Origin: Salisapilia sapeloensis CBS 127946
Lineage: Eukaryota; Protista; Oomycota
Assembly: GCA_023334545.1 (NCBI GenBank)
Contig: JAADVB010000018.1
Span: forward strand, 1 to 64,000
Direction of reading: 5' to 3'
DNA: 64,000 nucleotides
The position numbers were made by a program, and so were the translations under genes. This document shows, piece by piece, positions 1 through 11,171 of this stretch. Every line of letters begins with the position of its first letter. Within the stretch, counting starts at the first letter, position 1. Under the pieces are notes generated by a model, which did no database searches, had not been told where the DNA came from, and worked only from the letters and a program-made list of their open reading frames with translations.

Positions 1-244
1 CCTCGAGTACTTGTGCGCTGAAATCCTTGAGCTCGCCGGTAACGCCGCTCGTGACCACAAGAAGACGCGTATCATCCCGCGTCACATTCAGATGGCCGTC
101 CGTAACGATGAAGAGCTCAACAAGCTCCTTGGCGACGTCACTATCGCCCAGGGTGGTGTCATGCCGAACATCCACAACGTCCTTTTGCCCAAGAAGAGTG
201 CTTCCAGCGGCAAGAAGGGTGCTTCCGTCTCCCAGGACTACTAG
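1..244 (+). CDS. H2A: Histone H2A, 5'-truncated by the window edge; C-terminal SQDY (H2A.X-type) motif
   Basis: Frame from nt 2 reads [58 protein letters not shown], the canonical H2A core; stop TAG at 242-244. Confidence 0.97.
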   Translation, partial: LEYLCAEILELAGNAARDHKKTRIIPRHIQMAVRNDEELNKLLGDVTIAQGGVMPNIHNVLLPKKSASSGKKGASVSQDY

Positions 245-371
245 GCACATTGTGTACCTTTTGATCTGAAGTGCGTGCGTCGTGTAAATTGAGATAGCTC
301 GATACGTCTAGCGGTGACGTCCACCTAAATGGCCAACAAGATCATCTTTATTCTTATTCCTAGTCTTGATA

Positions 372-2638
372 TTAGCTTTGTGCATGAAAGAAAGCAAGAA
401 TCTGTTCCGTATTCGTTGCTTGTGTCACTAGCTTATCCTCTCGCATCCGGACAAAACGTGGGAATCGAAGCGCTAGTCCTTTAGCTTTCTCTTCCATCGA
501 TGCGCCACAAGTGTATAGACGAGAAGATGTGAGCTGCGTCGCTTTGACTTCCCACACGTTACGAGGATGGAACCATACATCCGGTTGATGCGGTGCAGAG
601 GGGTTGACTCGATAGTCTTCCGGAAGTGTCTTCTCTCCGACGGAGGAGATGACGTCTTGAGCCAACATTCGCGTCAATTCCGAAAGCTGTGCATCCGAGA
701 AACCTGTACCGACCTTGCCAATCGTCTAGAATAGATGTAGGATAGGCCATAGACAAGGGAAATAGATACCTCATGCGCTTACCTCGTACTGGTTCGTCTT
801 GGCGTTATATGCTGCTAAGAGGAAGGATCCGTAGACACCGGCCCTTCGTCCTTTGCCATAGTACGCTCCGATTGGAACGAGATCGAGCGTGTCGGGTAAG
901 AAAGCACCAGAGTTACCACTGTCCGGAGCCAAGTAGTCTTGCTTGAGCTTCATCCAACTATACGACCTCTTGCCTGCCTCGTACGTCGATGTCAAGGTCT
1001 TGACCATCAGACCTTCGCATCCGGCATCCACGGATGCCTGGAGGAAGTGCCGGATGCTCTCGGCTGTTGTCTGGCTCGAGACGTCTTGGTGGACAGCTAG
1101 TTCATAGTACCCACTCGCCTCTTTCGTGACTTTTCGTAGCGTCTGCCGTCGATCGGACAGAGGATGCTGGAGAAGACTGTCGTTATGTAAGAGAAGATCG
1201 AACGCAAAGAGACAAAAGTCGGTCGTGGACTTGGTCTGTAGGACTTGGAAAGGCAAGAAATGACTACCACCTACTTTGCTCCTGTCCACCGCAACGACTT
1301 CACCTTCTACGATCAACTCTACGTCCTCCTCATGCGTCTGCTCTTGGAGCAACGACAAGATCGATGCATACTTTTCTGTCTGATCTTCCAAGTTACGACT
1401 AAATACTCTTCCTACTTGTATTTTATTCTGCACGAGAGAAAGATGGACCTGGACTCTTGCACCATCGTACTTAAATTCACAAGTGGCTGGGACAATGTCG
1501 TCTGAAGTGGAAGAAGATAGTCGTTGGACGACATTCTCGACGCTATTCATGGCATTTGCACCCATTGTCAAGACTGGAATACCTACTTTTGGTCTAGTAG
1601 ATGCACGTAAGACTGTTTCTCGACGCTCGCTGTTTGTCTCGTGCTGGAGGTTATATAAAGCAGATGTGAGGGCATCCAAGTCTGGTCGTTGGGAGTATGC
1701 ACGGGTGACTGTAGCTATCCATTGTCGAAGTTTAGACGTGTCTACAGCATCGTCCACTGGATTTTGGTGGGATGCAATGGCGAGGGCTGAAAGGACGGAC
1801 TTTTCGCCTAATCCGAGACGAAGGTTCTGTTGCTATGGACACTAGAGCTAGTACTTTGGTTTTGACATGCATGGGAAGGAAGTGGCGTACAGATAAGAGA
1901 CGGAAGAGCACGACTTGCTCTTCAAAAGACCTGCATCGATGTAGAAGATCAAGAGCTCGACTCCTTTTCCTGTCAGTCGATCCTTTACCTTCTTCCTTGG
2001 CGATTTCACGTAGTTCCTGTAGTACTGCTGTATTCGAGAGACCTGTTTGATCCTGATTGCTGTCTTTATACGGCGGGAGATGTCCTTGATCTACGAGCAA
2101 ACGAGCAGCGGCTCCTAAATCTGTACTTTGTCTTACTGCATCAGGAACTATAGTGGATGTCTGGCTTGAGTCACTAGAGCTATGGCTTGCGCAGAGTCCT
2201 TCGAGGACTGGCATTAGACTCTTGACGTTCAGCCGAAGCTCGACGCCTTCGAAGGATGGCGCTAGCTATCGACAGAGTGTTTCGATCAATAAAGAGCGAA
2301 TTAGGTAAATCTTGTTGGTTATACCTGGGATCTAGTTAGGTACACAGCACTTGTGAGTTCCTCTGGACTGGCTTCGTTCATCAAATGCTGGTAATAGTCG
2401 GCTAGAATGCCAATTCGCTCATCACGTGATGGCGTTGCGTTCTGTAGACAGCAACGCACCAATTTAAGTTGAACAATTAGTTATGATACGAGACAATGGA
2501 GACACCTACTTCAATTGCCTGAAAGGTCTTTGCTAACTCTGTGAAGGATGTGGTGGATGCTGATAGGCATCGCTGTCTGCATTGCCATGGGAGCATCAGA
2601 GCTCCATGCATCCTAGTAAGCTTTCTTATGTGCAACAT
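372..2638 (-). CDS. LIG1: ATP-dependent DNA ligase I-like protein, 5 exons, short N-terminus resembling a mitochondrial presequence
   Basis: Motifs CEFKYDGAR (I), VEGEVVA (III), FAFDLL (IIIa), EGLMVK (IV), WMKLKQDY (V), LRFPRFVRMREDK (VI). Hand-spliced upstream exons give SFTELAKTFQAIE / ATPSRDERIGILADYY..AVYLTRSQ / LAPSFEGVEL, matching the LigI DNA-binding domain. The proposed ATG at 2638 (MLHIRKLTRMHG) is inferred. Confidence 0.88.
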
Positions 2639-3042
2639 CGCTTCGACTACATATTCAGTTGTTAAGCATTATAGCAAGCATTGCATGTTGATGGCGACAA
2701 CTGGGTACTTGGCGTTGCCTAGGTGGTCGGTGGATGAGATGCAGAGCTGCGAGCTCGTCGCGGCGTGTGATGCCGAGGGTATATTTAGTTTGGGGGGAAA
2801 TTAGGAGGATGGTATAAAGCGAGAGATCATGAAGGGATGTTTGGCTCCGCACGAGCTGTCATGCGAATCAAATGCACTATCATCGAGTACTGCATAGCCA
2901 TATACTTTTGAGAACTATAATTTCATACCATGACAAGTTATCAAGAAGAAAGAGCTACATGTAACTATAGAAACCACTTTTACAAAAGCTGTTTGACATC
3001 CATAATCATCGTTCGCCTTCGTTATAACGCCTTGTATGCAGT

Positions 3043-4056
3043 TTAATGCAGTGGAAAGCGGTTCTTTAGCCAACTGACAAGACTCTGAATGACCTCTTCT
3101 CGTTCAGGTTCATCGAATATGGCATGGTAGAGCCCATCAAATTCTCGGAACTCCTTGTCTTCATTCGCAATCCGGTTATAGAACTCACGTGCGCTTTCGA
3201 GACTGGTGACTTTATCTTCCGTACCCATGAGCATCAATACTGGAAGTTGGCAGAATGCACTCGACGCTGTCGTCACCCTTTCGTCCGTCTCCAATGCCTG
3301 CATTGTCACCAATGACTACAACATGATTAATATTATATATAAAATAAATAAATAATAATGTCATACTTGTACTCCCATGCAAATGGTGGCGTTACCAGTC
3401 GTCACAAGCGGGTCTTGCTCCATGTCGTCCAGAAAGCCTGGTCGACGACTAATATAGTCAGGATTGACGGCCGGCACGATTCTCGCCGTGGGAAAGAAGC
3501 TTGCAAGTGGCTTTGCCAGGTACATGTACAAGCGGAGAGTCAGCGTCATCTCGAGGCTAAGCGCTGGTCCAGCGAGTATGAGCGCTTGTAGTTCATGCTC
3601 GGCAGACAATGCCGTGAGTGTACTGACGAGTGACCCAAGTGAGAATCCACATAGAGCGATGGGAGGCAGCTTGTCACCAAGGAAGGGTGGTAGTACACTT
3701 GTTTTTGCATGAGCAATCATCTCATTCGTATCTTCGACAAAGTGGCGAAAGTCTTCGACCGTAGCTCGTTCCCCAATTGGCTCATTGTCACTCATGCCAT
3801 GACTGATGAGGTCGTAGGCAAAGACACCAAAGTCGTTTTTGCACAACTCTTCATACAAGGCGTAATAACGTCGACAGTGCTCTCCAACTCCGTGGAGGAA
3901 GACAATAACACCTCGCAGTGTGTGGTTCTTGGGTGGCAAGACAGTAACGTAGGCAAGGTCGAGGCCCCGTGCATTCGTGTGCTTCCCTTCATCGTGGCGA
4001 AAGTCCTTTGGAAGGTCCTTGACCCGGTATTCTAGCGGAAGTTTATCAGTTGCCAT
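3043..4056 (-). CDS. Alpha/beta hydrolase, monoacylglycerol lipase / lysophospholipase family, 2 exons
   Basis: VFLHGVGEH, AYDLISHGMS, nucleophile GFSLG, LMGTEDKVT, GLYHAIFDE; 51-nt AT-rich intron 3316-3366 joins the two ORFs in frame. Confidence 0.9.
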
Positions 4057-4999
4057 CGACTTGAGCTTTTGGAGGAATCCCTTCTTGTGCTTAAATTTGA
4101 TTGTGTCCCGCGAGCTTCCCGAACGTTGTATAATCGTGGCGCGTATGGAGGATCAATGCTCTTGTCGATTCTTTTGCCCTATTTTTACCGAAGCCATCAT
4201 TGTGTAGGTAGGACACATGCAGACTGAATCATAATGAAAAATCGAAGCACTTCCAGCACAGGAGAAGGTTACTACTGTCGAATAGGCTTGTGGAGTAAGA
4301 AAATTGTGATCAAAGCTCTTGACTGAATAGAAATGCTCACCAACAAGTATATATCCTCCACGACCAACCTTTCATGTACTAAGATGGACTGGCAAGTGTT
4401 TGGAGTACTTATGTACTCTTCGCCGATATCGAGCAAAGAGTGTCCGTTTCGTGTCCATCTCTTCAATTGAACTTCAATCATCTGTTGTAAAAGCGACAAA
4501 AATGGGACAAATCGGTCACCACGTATGGCAAAGATCGAGTCTTTATTGATCATGCCTTCATTGCTCTGATCGATAGCTTTTCGTTCATTTTTATTTACGA
4601 TTGTAGAAAAGAAAAAGTTTGGTCACTGCGGAGTGTAATGTCAAACGTACATTTATCTTTGGAAGCATACAAGATGAAGAGCATGGAGCGATCGAACGTC
4701 AAGAGCTCGATGGTTCCGCAGGAGCAGTCAAACGACTAGTTCTCTCTACCTGAGCTATTCATTCAATCACGAATGTTTTTTTTGTATATATCATATAAGA
4801 ACGCTTAGTTGAATCATACTTAACTTAACTCTTGATGTTTCCAACCCATTTATAGGTAGGGTATGGAAATTGGTCATGTAGATTGGATGGACGTTAGTAT
4901 TTTCGACTCCATCCATAATGGTATCATTGCCTGTTGATGGTGATTTTTATAAAACTACTCGACCGACTTGTACCCTTACATAATTTTTGACCCTAGTTC

Positions 5000-5665
5000 T
5001 ACTACATCCTACAGCTTTCCAAAGGTGAAGTTATCAGTTTTCAACTAGTTCTAGCTGATCGAGAGACGATTTTTATTTGTTAGACCCGTGGCATACTTCC
5101 GCTCTGGTAAAGTTGGTACACCGTGTTCGAGCTGAATGCCAGTTCGGCAAAATTGAGATTCATCTTTTGTGATTACATTCGTGATAATCTAATCGGGCAG
5201 TTATGCGTTCGCTGAGAATTGCCGATTCGGATTTGCTACATGTTATGGAAACCATATAAACATTTTAATATAACTTCCTCGTCAAATTAGGAGTACAAGG
5301 GAAGTGACGGAAGGTGCGGATAAAGATGCCGCTTCATATGTTTGATATCTCTCTGTTTTGTAATCTAATGCAATCGGGAAGAAACGATATTCGAGAAGAC
5401 TTTAAGTTACATTGGTGTTCAAAATGTGCGAATTTGAAAAAGCGAGCGAAAGACTTGGTGAGATCTTCGCTTTACTTGCGTTAGTGAGCTCTTCGCTATT
5501 ATTTCGGAACTGGCGTAGTACCGTGGAGGACGGAATAATTGGTCGATATTTACGACTCGCATTGTATCCGTCCCAGTAAAACAGCGAAGAGCTCAATGTT
5601 GCAAGTAAATCGAATGCAACTTCAACCTGAGTGACTTTCGTTGATACACCGCGATACGCTCGACA
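5000..5665. repeat. Unidentified dispersed repeat, copy 1 (same orientation as the copy at about 19400-20100)
   Basis: Core about 5380-5640 is nearly identical to about 19842-20075; the 5' flank is clearly homologous but much more diverged. The 5' boundary is approximate. Confidence 0.85.
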
Positions 5666-6334
5666 CTATTCCCGCCAAAGCATGACAGAGAAACGGACGA
5701 TGTACGTGGATACGAAGGGAAAGGTGGATAGCGACGTAAGAATGGGGCGAACCGCCAAAGACTTGATCAATGATTCCTAGTACAATTCATCTGTGTTTGA
5801 GTTCATAATACCCGATGATCCGCTCAACGACTACGTCCAAAGATTTCGAAGAGAAGATATCTCGTAAGTATTCGTTATGGCTATGCTATAGCATGAAATC
5901 TATCTAGGCTATGGTTCATACTTGTCAACCTGACAAGCACGATGCGTCTAGTGGTCGTATCGTTTGGAAGGTGATATGTGATACCTTTTGAAGAACTAGG
6001 TCGAAAGCAAATTTGTTTACTTGCATACATCCCTCGTAAACTGCTCTGTCTATGTATCCATTTCGACTGTTCAAAGCTGAGCGATTGACCCATTCAGCTT
6101 GACCAAACACCTTCGAGTCGCTATTCGATGCACAGAAACCACTTCATAAGTTCTAAAAAGTAGGAATTAATATATTAAGCATAACATTTGTCTGAAGAAG
6201 TAAATGGCTTGTATTTAATTTAATCCATATCCACTTCAACACTCGGAATAATAGATATTTGTGTCTATACGATGGAGACTTGGCTTGTGGAGATGTTTAA
6301 CCGATTCGAGCCAAAGGGACCGCATGTCGATGAA

Positions 6335-7169
6335 TTAATCATCTAGATCAATAGCAATGTGATTCGATGTGCTGATTGTGTCGTCATCTGAAGACAACTC
6401 TGCCTGGCTGTCATCAAGTATGATGGTGATGGAAACATGAGCATCCAAAGGTAGGTCTTCGTCCATCCTTTCCTTTTTCGCGTTGCATAGATCAAGTGGA
6501 CACAACAAGTAGCTACTCAGCTTTTGTATAGGAGAAAACTTGACGTAGACGCAGATGATGAGGATGCAGACGCCGAAATTTGCGGATGGCGATGGTGTCG
6601 CCTGGAGCTGCGCGATGGAGATGCGTGAGGCTACTTACGATGGAGATGGCGAGGACGAGAGCTGAAGGAATTTTTCCGCTCTTCGCTCGAATGATGTCGA
6701 GAACGGTATGAACCCGAATAGTGGTGCGGACGAGACTGATAACCGCAGCGATGTACCGAAGGAGTTGGTGATCGGTAAGGCCAGACATTTCGACGGAGTA
6801 GTGCGTGAGGGAGGGTGCGAATGCGAGTAAGGTTCCTTCAAAGAGAAAGGTAGCAATCGTGCCAAGGATGGCAGTCGAGCCACGACGACTCGTCGGCGCA
6901 TGAGTGGCATATATAACTAGGCTAAGAAGAGTCGTGAAAAAGCTGAGGAAGTGCGCAATGGCGGTCGGTGTGATGGCATTGCGGGTGTAGGCATATAGAC
7001 CCCAAGACTGGGCAAATGGAGCCAAGAGGACGAGAGACAGGAGCGAAAGCTTATCTGTGGAGTTCATCTGGGCGGCTTGGATGGCGTTTAGAAACGTGGA
7101 AACGTAGAGGTGGAACGTCGGGATCGACGCGATAATCAAGATGGCGATATCTAGTATATCGATGGACAT
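6335..7169 (-). pseudogene. Divergent SWEET/MtN3-like sugar transporter with a single frameshift near 6584 (pseudogene, assembly indel or recoding)
   Basis: Two triple-helix-like hydrophobic repeats with LAPFAQSWGLYAY and VLDIIRAKS. The last TM (ANFGVCILIICVYVKF) and an acidic tail continue in the +1 frame to TAA at 6335-6337. Confidence 0.6.
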
Positions 7170-7998
7170 CTTGGTGGCTTGGTTTGGTAATTGGTTCGCA
7201 GTAGAGTGGTGGGAGTACAGGCAGCTAGTAGCAGGTCATAGCGGCTTGCGTATATTAGACTGTACTCAACAGTGAGGCTCCAAAACCGAGGGTTTCCACT
7301 CGCACTTACTATAGAAAGCATTTTCTAATATTGCCAATTTTTATGCCGTGAACTCCCTTGTGATATTCTCTTGATGGTAACTCCTACGGCATGCTTTGAG
7401 AGTGATATCATCCGAAAGCCCTTGATCTAGTGAGTAGAATACAGTTGCTCTGAAAGGTAGGCATGAAATATACGCCGAGCAAGATCACTTTTAAACAGCT
7501 TAGTACCATGATGTACGTTCTCGATCGACACTTCGTGTGACAAGTAGGCTTAGCTTGAGGTAAGCAGACTTGACGATGTAGCGCTATCCGATCTTTTGAG
7601 TCGTATGTTCTCCGTATCAGACTGAGCTGTAGATGCAAGATAAGGCGGGATTTCTTAGAATCAAATTGTCACATCTAGTAGATTCTTAGCTAGAAGTATA
7701 TGCACATGGAACTCTCTAATTGTTTGATCTAAGTTTAATGATTGCTAAAGAAGACTCGAGACACATCCATCTACACTTTCTTTACCTAAAGGTTGCTGTG
7801 GATCGGACGTGGAGGTAAGAAGATGTTGGATAGACTGGAGCGAGTACTCGATAAAGATGCCAATCTGTTGGTCTGTATGAAGTGCATTTAACGCTTCCAA
7901 TCATGACTTGCAACCGACAAAACTTGCATTCGCTTTTACGTCACAAGGCATGGTAACCAAATTTGAAAGTCTAAACTAAAACACTATATTTCGGCAAC

Positions 7999-10602
7999 CT
8001 AGAGCTTGGCTTTTCGCTTGTTCTTCTGCGCACTCTCTTTCTCTTTCCTAGCCTGTTTCTTATCCTCTTTACTCAGCTTCAACGCATCAATTGCTTGACC
8101 TGCGCGCTTCATGATCTTCGGCGCAGTCATCTTTGCCGTCGAGGATGCTGTATTCCAGTCGCTGCCAAGAGGGTTGCGCATCGCCATCTCATACTCTGCT
8201 CGAGATGTGAAGGGGTACGGCACGTCCTTGACCGTGAACTTGGCTCCTTTCTTGTCTTTCCGTTCATTCAACAGCACGCGCTGCATCTTACTGTCCTTTC
8301 GCTTAGCCAATGCCTGCTTCTTCGAGTCCTCAGCGAGTTTCTTCGCCTGTTTCTCGCGTTGCTTTTGTCGGAAAGATGGCTGGACACCAGCTCCAGCCCA
8401 GCTTCCCCATCCAGACATGCCAGCGAGCTTGGCGATCTCACCCCCCTTCTTCGCATCAGCGTCTTCCGCCGCCAACTTTTCCTTCTCTTCAGCAATCTCA
8501 TCCTCGTCTTCACCGGCAAACGCAAACGCACGTTCGACAAGCTCTTCCTGTGTCGGTTCGTGCTTGGCTTTCTTCTCCGAAGCCTCCGTCGTCTCTAGCT
8601 TTCGCTTCTTACTCTGCTTTCCATCGTCTGCATTCGCATTGGCTTGCAAAGATGTGAGAGCAGATGCCACTTGCGCTCCTTCTTGCGTCTTCTTCTTACT
8701 CTTCTTCGATCGTCGTTTCGACGTCGATGCAGTAGATGAGACCCACGGGTTGGCTTCACCAGCAGCAGACTCTTCAACATCCGACTCATCCTCCTCTTCT
8801 GCATTCGCATGACTCAGCTCATACGAGTCTGCCGTCTTCTCCTCACCGACGTTGACACTCGAGCTCTTGTCGTTGTCAAGGTCGACAGCGATAGCTCCGG
8901 CTGCTCGGGCCGACTTACCGCCATGCATACCAACATCCGCTGTCTGCATCGCTCCCTTCGCTAGCTTGGCGCCAACCTTCTTCTTGTCTCCGGCCGTCGG
9001 TTTAATTTTCTTTCGACGAGGCTCGTCCTGCTCGGCTTCCGACTCCTCTTCCTCTCCTTCCATCTCCCTGAGCAACGCTTCTGCCTCCGCCTTGGCACGT
9101 TCTCTCTGCTTTTCCGCCGCTCGCTGCATGAACTTCATGCCTTGCAGTCCCTTCTGCTTTGTCGTGTTCTTGCTGTCTTCATCAATGTCCGCCAGTAGTC
9201 CTTGCACTTGTTCCTCCGCATCCTCAGCGTCGTCACTATCATCCGACTCGGCCGTATCCATCTTCTTTCGGAGCTCTTGACCTCTCTTGAGCTGCTCCGA
9301 GATGGCTGCACGTGTCTGGTCATCGGCATTGATGCCTCGACCAAGCTGATGCTTCACCCACTTGGACGTGTTCGTGTGTTTCAGCGTCATGCGCTCCATC
9401 GCTCTCTTCTCAGCAGCCTCCATCTCTGCTTGTTTCGCTAGCTCTGGATCCATCTGCTTGAGCTGTTCCTGGTGCTTCGCTGCTAGCTTCTTGTCTTGAC
9501 TGTTACGGATTTTATGATACAGCTTGCTCTTAATCTTCTTCGCACGCTTGCTCTTCTGTTCTTCGTAGAAGAGCATCGAGCGCATCTTGGCTAGTTCCCG
9601 ATGTCTTTGCTCCACTTCTTCTTTCGAGACAGCATTGCGTTGGAGCTCCTCGGCTTCATCCTTGGCGATGCTCTTGTCTGTTAAGTCACCTGCTTGTAGC
9701 AACTCCGCGACTTTCTTTTCCATGTCGTTCTCAGCAGAAAACTTGTGTGTGAGAGCAGCAGTGGTCATGTGTTCCACTTTCGGCGCTTGGTGACGCAGAT
9801 CCAAAGTCTTTTTCTGACGATTACGACGCACGACAGGCTGGAATTCGTCCATTTCATCCTTCTTTTTGCTGTACGTGACTCGACGATTCGCACGTTCTTC
9901 CACGATAGGAGCAGAAACAGCATTGAGAGCATTCGATTCATCTAGTCCTTTCAACTGGGTACGGAAATGGGCGATATCGACTTCAGAAGTGTCTTTGCTC
10001 TCTTCATTGTCAGAGGATGTACCTAACAACTTGCTCAGCGTGAGACCACCAGAGCCCGCGGTGGATGTATGGGCACTGTCGATGTCTGCAATGGGCTTAT
10101 GGGTACTGGAGGATGGTACTAGCGTACTGACTAATTGCTCCAATTGCTCCGTTTTATCTTCATTGTCATCATCTACAGTGGGTAGTCGTGAAGCAGGGCC
10201 ATCCCCGAGCATGTCCGAGAGCAAGTCTCCACCGGCCATGTCTTCATCACTCTCTTCAGCAGTATCCGATTCTTGCTTGTCGGCGTTCGTGGGGAAGAAA
10301 GAGCCATAGGCTTGTTCGTCGTCCGAGTCGAAGGCCTCATCTTCATCGACTTCCGAGTCGTGATCGAAATTTGTCGGCTCTTCATACTCGTATACTTCAT
10401 CGACATCAGCATTGGCATTCATACGAGCCTCGCGAGCATTCACTTCTTCCTCATCATCGGAATAAACGTCGTTCATAGCCTCCTGCTTGCGTTTGGACTT
10501 GCCTTTCGAAGCTTTGGCTTTACTTTTGGACGTAATTTTGGTACCACTAGATGCAGATTTTGCTGCATTAGCTTTGACAATTGACTTAGACTTCCTCGCC
10601 AT
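7999..10602 (-). CDS. UTP14: U3 snoRNA-associated protein 14 (SSU processome)
   Basis: KIKSKLYHK, ERMTLKHTNTSKW, GWGSWAGAG, VPYPFTSRAEYEMAMRNPLGSDWNT; 867-aa single-exon ORF. Confidence 0.95.
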   Translation of the reverse strand: MARKSKSIVKANAAKSASSGTKITSKSKAKASKGKSKRKQEAMNDVYSDDEEEVNAREARMNANADVDEVYEYEEPTNFDHDSEVDEDEAFDSDDEQAYGSFFPTNADKQESDTAEESDEDMAGGDLLSDMLGDGPASRLPTVDDDNEDKTEQLEQLVSTLVPSSSTHKPIADIDSAHTSTAGSGGLTLSKLLGTSSDNEESKDTSEVDIAHFRTQLKGLDESNALNAVSAPIVEERANRRVTYSKKKDEMDEFQPVVRRNRQKKTLDLRHQAPKVEHMTTAALTHKFSAENDMEKKVAELLQAGDLTDKSIAKDEAEELQRNAVSKEEVEQRHRELAKMRSMLFYEEQKSKRAKKIKSKLYHKIRNSQDKKLAAKHQEQLKQMDPELAKQAEMEAAEKRAMERMTLKHTNTSKWVKHQLGRGINADDQTRAAISEQLKRGQELRKKMDTAESDDSDDAEDAEEQVQGLLADIDEDSKNTTKQKGLQGMKFMQRAAEKQRERAKAEAEALLREMEGEEEESEAEQDEPRRKKIKPTAGDKKKVGAKLAKGAMQTADVGMHGGKSARAAGAIAVDLDNDKSSSVNVGEEKTADSYELSHANAEEEDESDVEESAAGEANPWVSSTASTSKRRSKKSKKKTQEGAQVASALTSLQANANADDGKQSKKRKLETTEASEKKAKHEPTQEELVERAFAFAGEDEDEIAEEKEKLAAEDADAKKGGEIAKLAGMSGWGSWAGAGVQPSFRQKQREKQAKKLAEDSKKQALAKRKDSKMQRVLLNERKDKKGAKFTVKDVPYPFTSRAEYEMAMRNPLGSDWNTASSTAKMTAPKIMKRAGQAIDALKLSKEDKKQARKEKESAQKNKRKAKL

Positions 10603-10739
10603 CGTAGGTAGGTAGTAATTGAGTGGAAGACGCTCCGCTCGTGGTCAAAATGGACCAAATATGTTTTGTGTCGAGTTTCGTTGGCCCGGAGCCCGTTGGG
10701 ACACTTTATATAAAAATGTGTATACAGTCGTCCGAGTAC

Positions 10740-11034
10740 ATGGCTACATTCCAAGTTGGTTCCGTCTTCGCCCAGAGCAGACAGGATGCTCCACGTCTTC
10801 TCGAGATAGTGTCCTCCACTAAGACAAAGCTAAGGGGTGCTATTTACTCAGGTAGAGATGGTAAAGTCTGGGTGCGATACATTATCTTACTAGTCGTGTT
10901 CTTTTCCGTCGGTACAGTCAAAGTGTCTATTCCGACCATTCCGATGGTCTACATCACTTGTCTACATATATGCTGTCTTCGCCACTACCTACTGTCACCA
11001 AGAGAAACGAAAAGCAAGAGACAACGACAAATGA
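10740..11034 (+). CDS. Predicted 82-aa two-exon small membrane protein, weakly resembling mitochondrial ATP synthase subunit f
   Basis: ATG 10740, exon 1 to 10871, intron 10872-10917 (GTGCGA..TACAG, pyrimidine tract), exon 2 to TGA 11034, in frame. It sits head-to-head with UTP14 at 137 bp. Not in the ORF track as spliced. Confidence 0.45.
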
Positions 11035-11171
11035 GACCAAGAAAATAAACTATTTCATCGCTTATCTTCTTCATCTACACAGTAAATCGTGCGAAAACGG
11101 TCGAATTTTTCGTAGCCATCCAGTCGCATTGGACTTGAAAGCTGCAGTTTATCTTGGTGCGTCGAATATGC

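Noticed and set aside
4272-4553. 93-aa minus-strand ORF and nearby fragments (to about 6170) as Crinkler or TE remnants
   Set aside because: No LxLFLAK/HVLV or transposase/RT motifs found; may be decayed coding DNA but not assignable.
5440-5640. Hammerhead ribozyme (CGAAA and CTGAGTGA present) or Helitron 3' end
   Set aside because: The CUGANGA spacing and stem II/III pairing do not fit, and no terminal CTRR follows the hairpin.
8095-10584. Many + strand ORFs overlapping UTP14 (likewise antisense ORFs over CBP80, the permeases, the PHD gene and the HTH gene)
   Set aside because: Antisense shadows of long coding sequences with biased codon use; no recognisable motifs.
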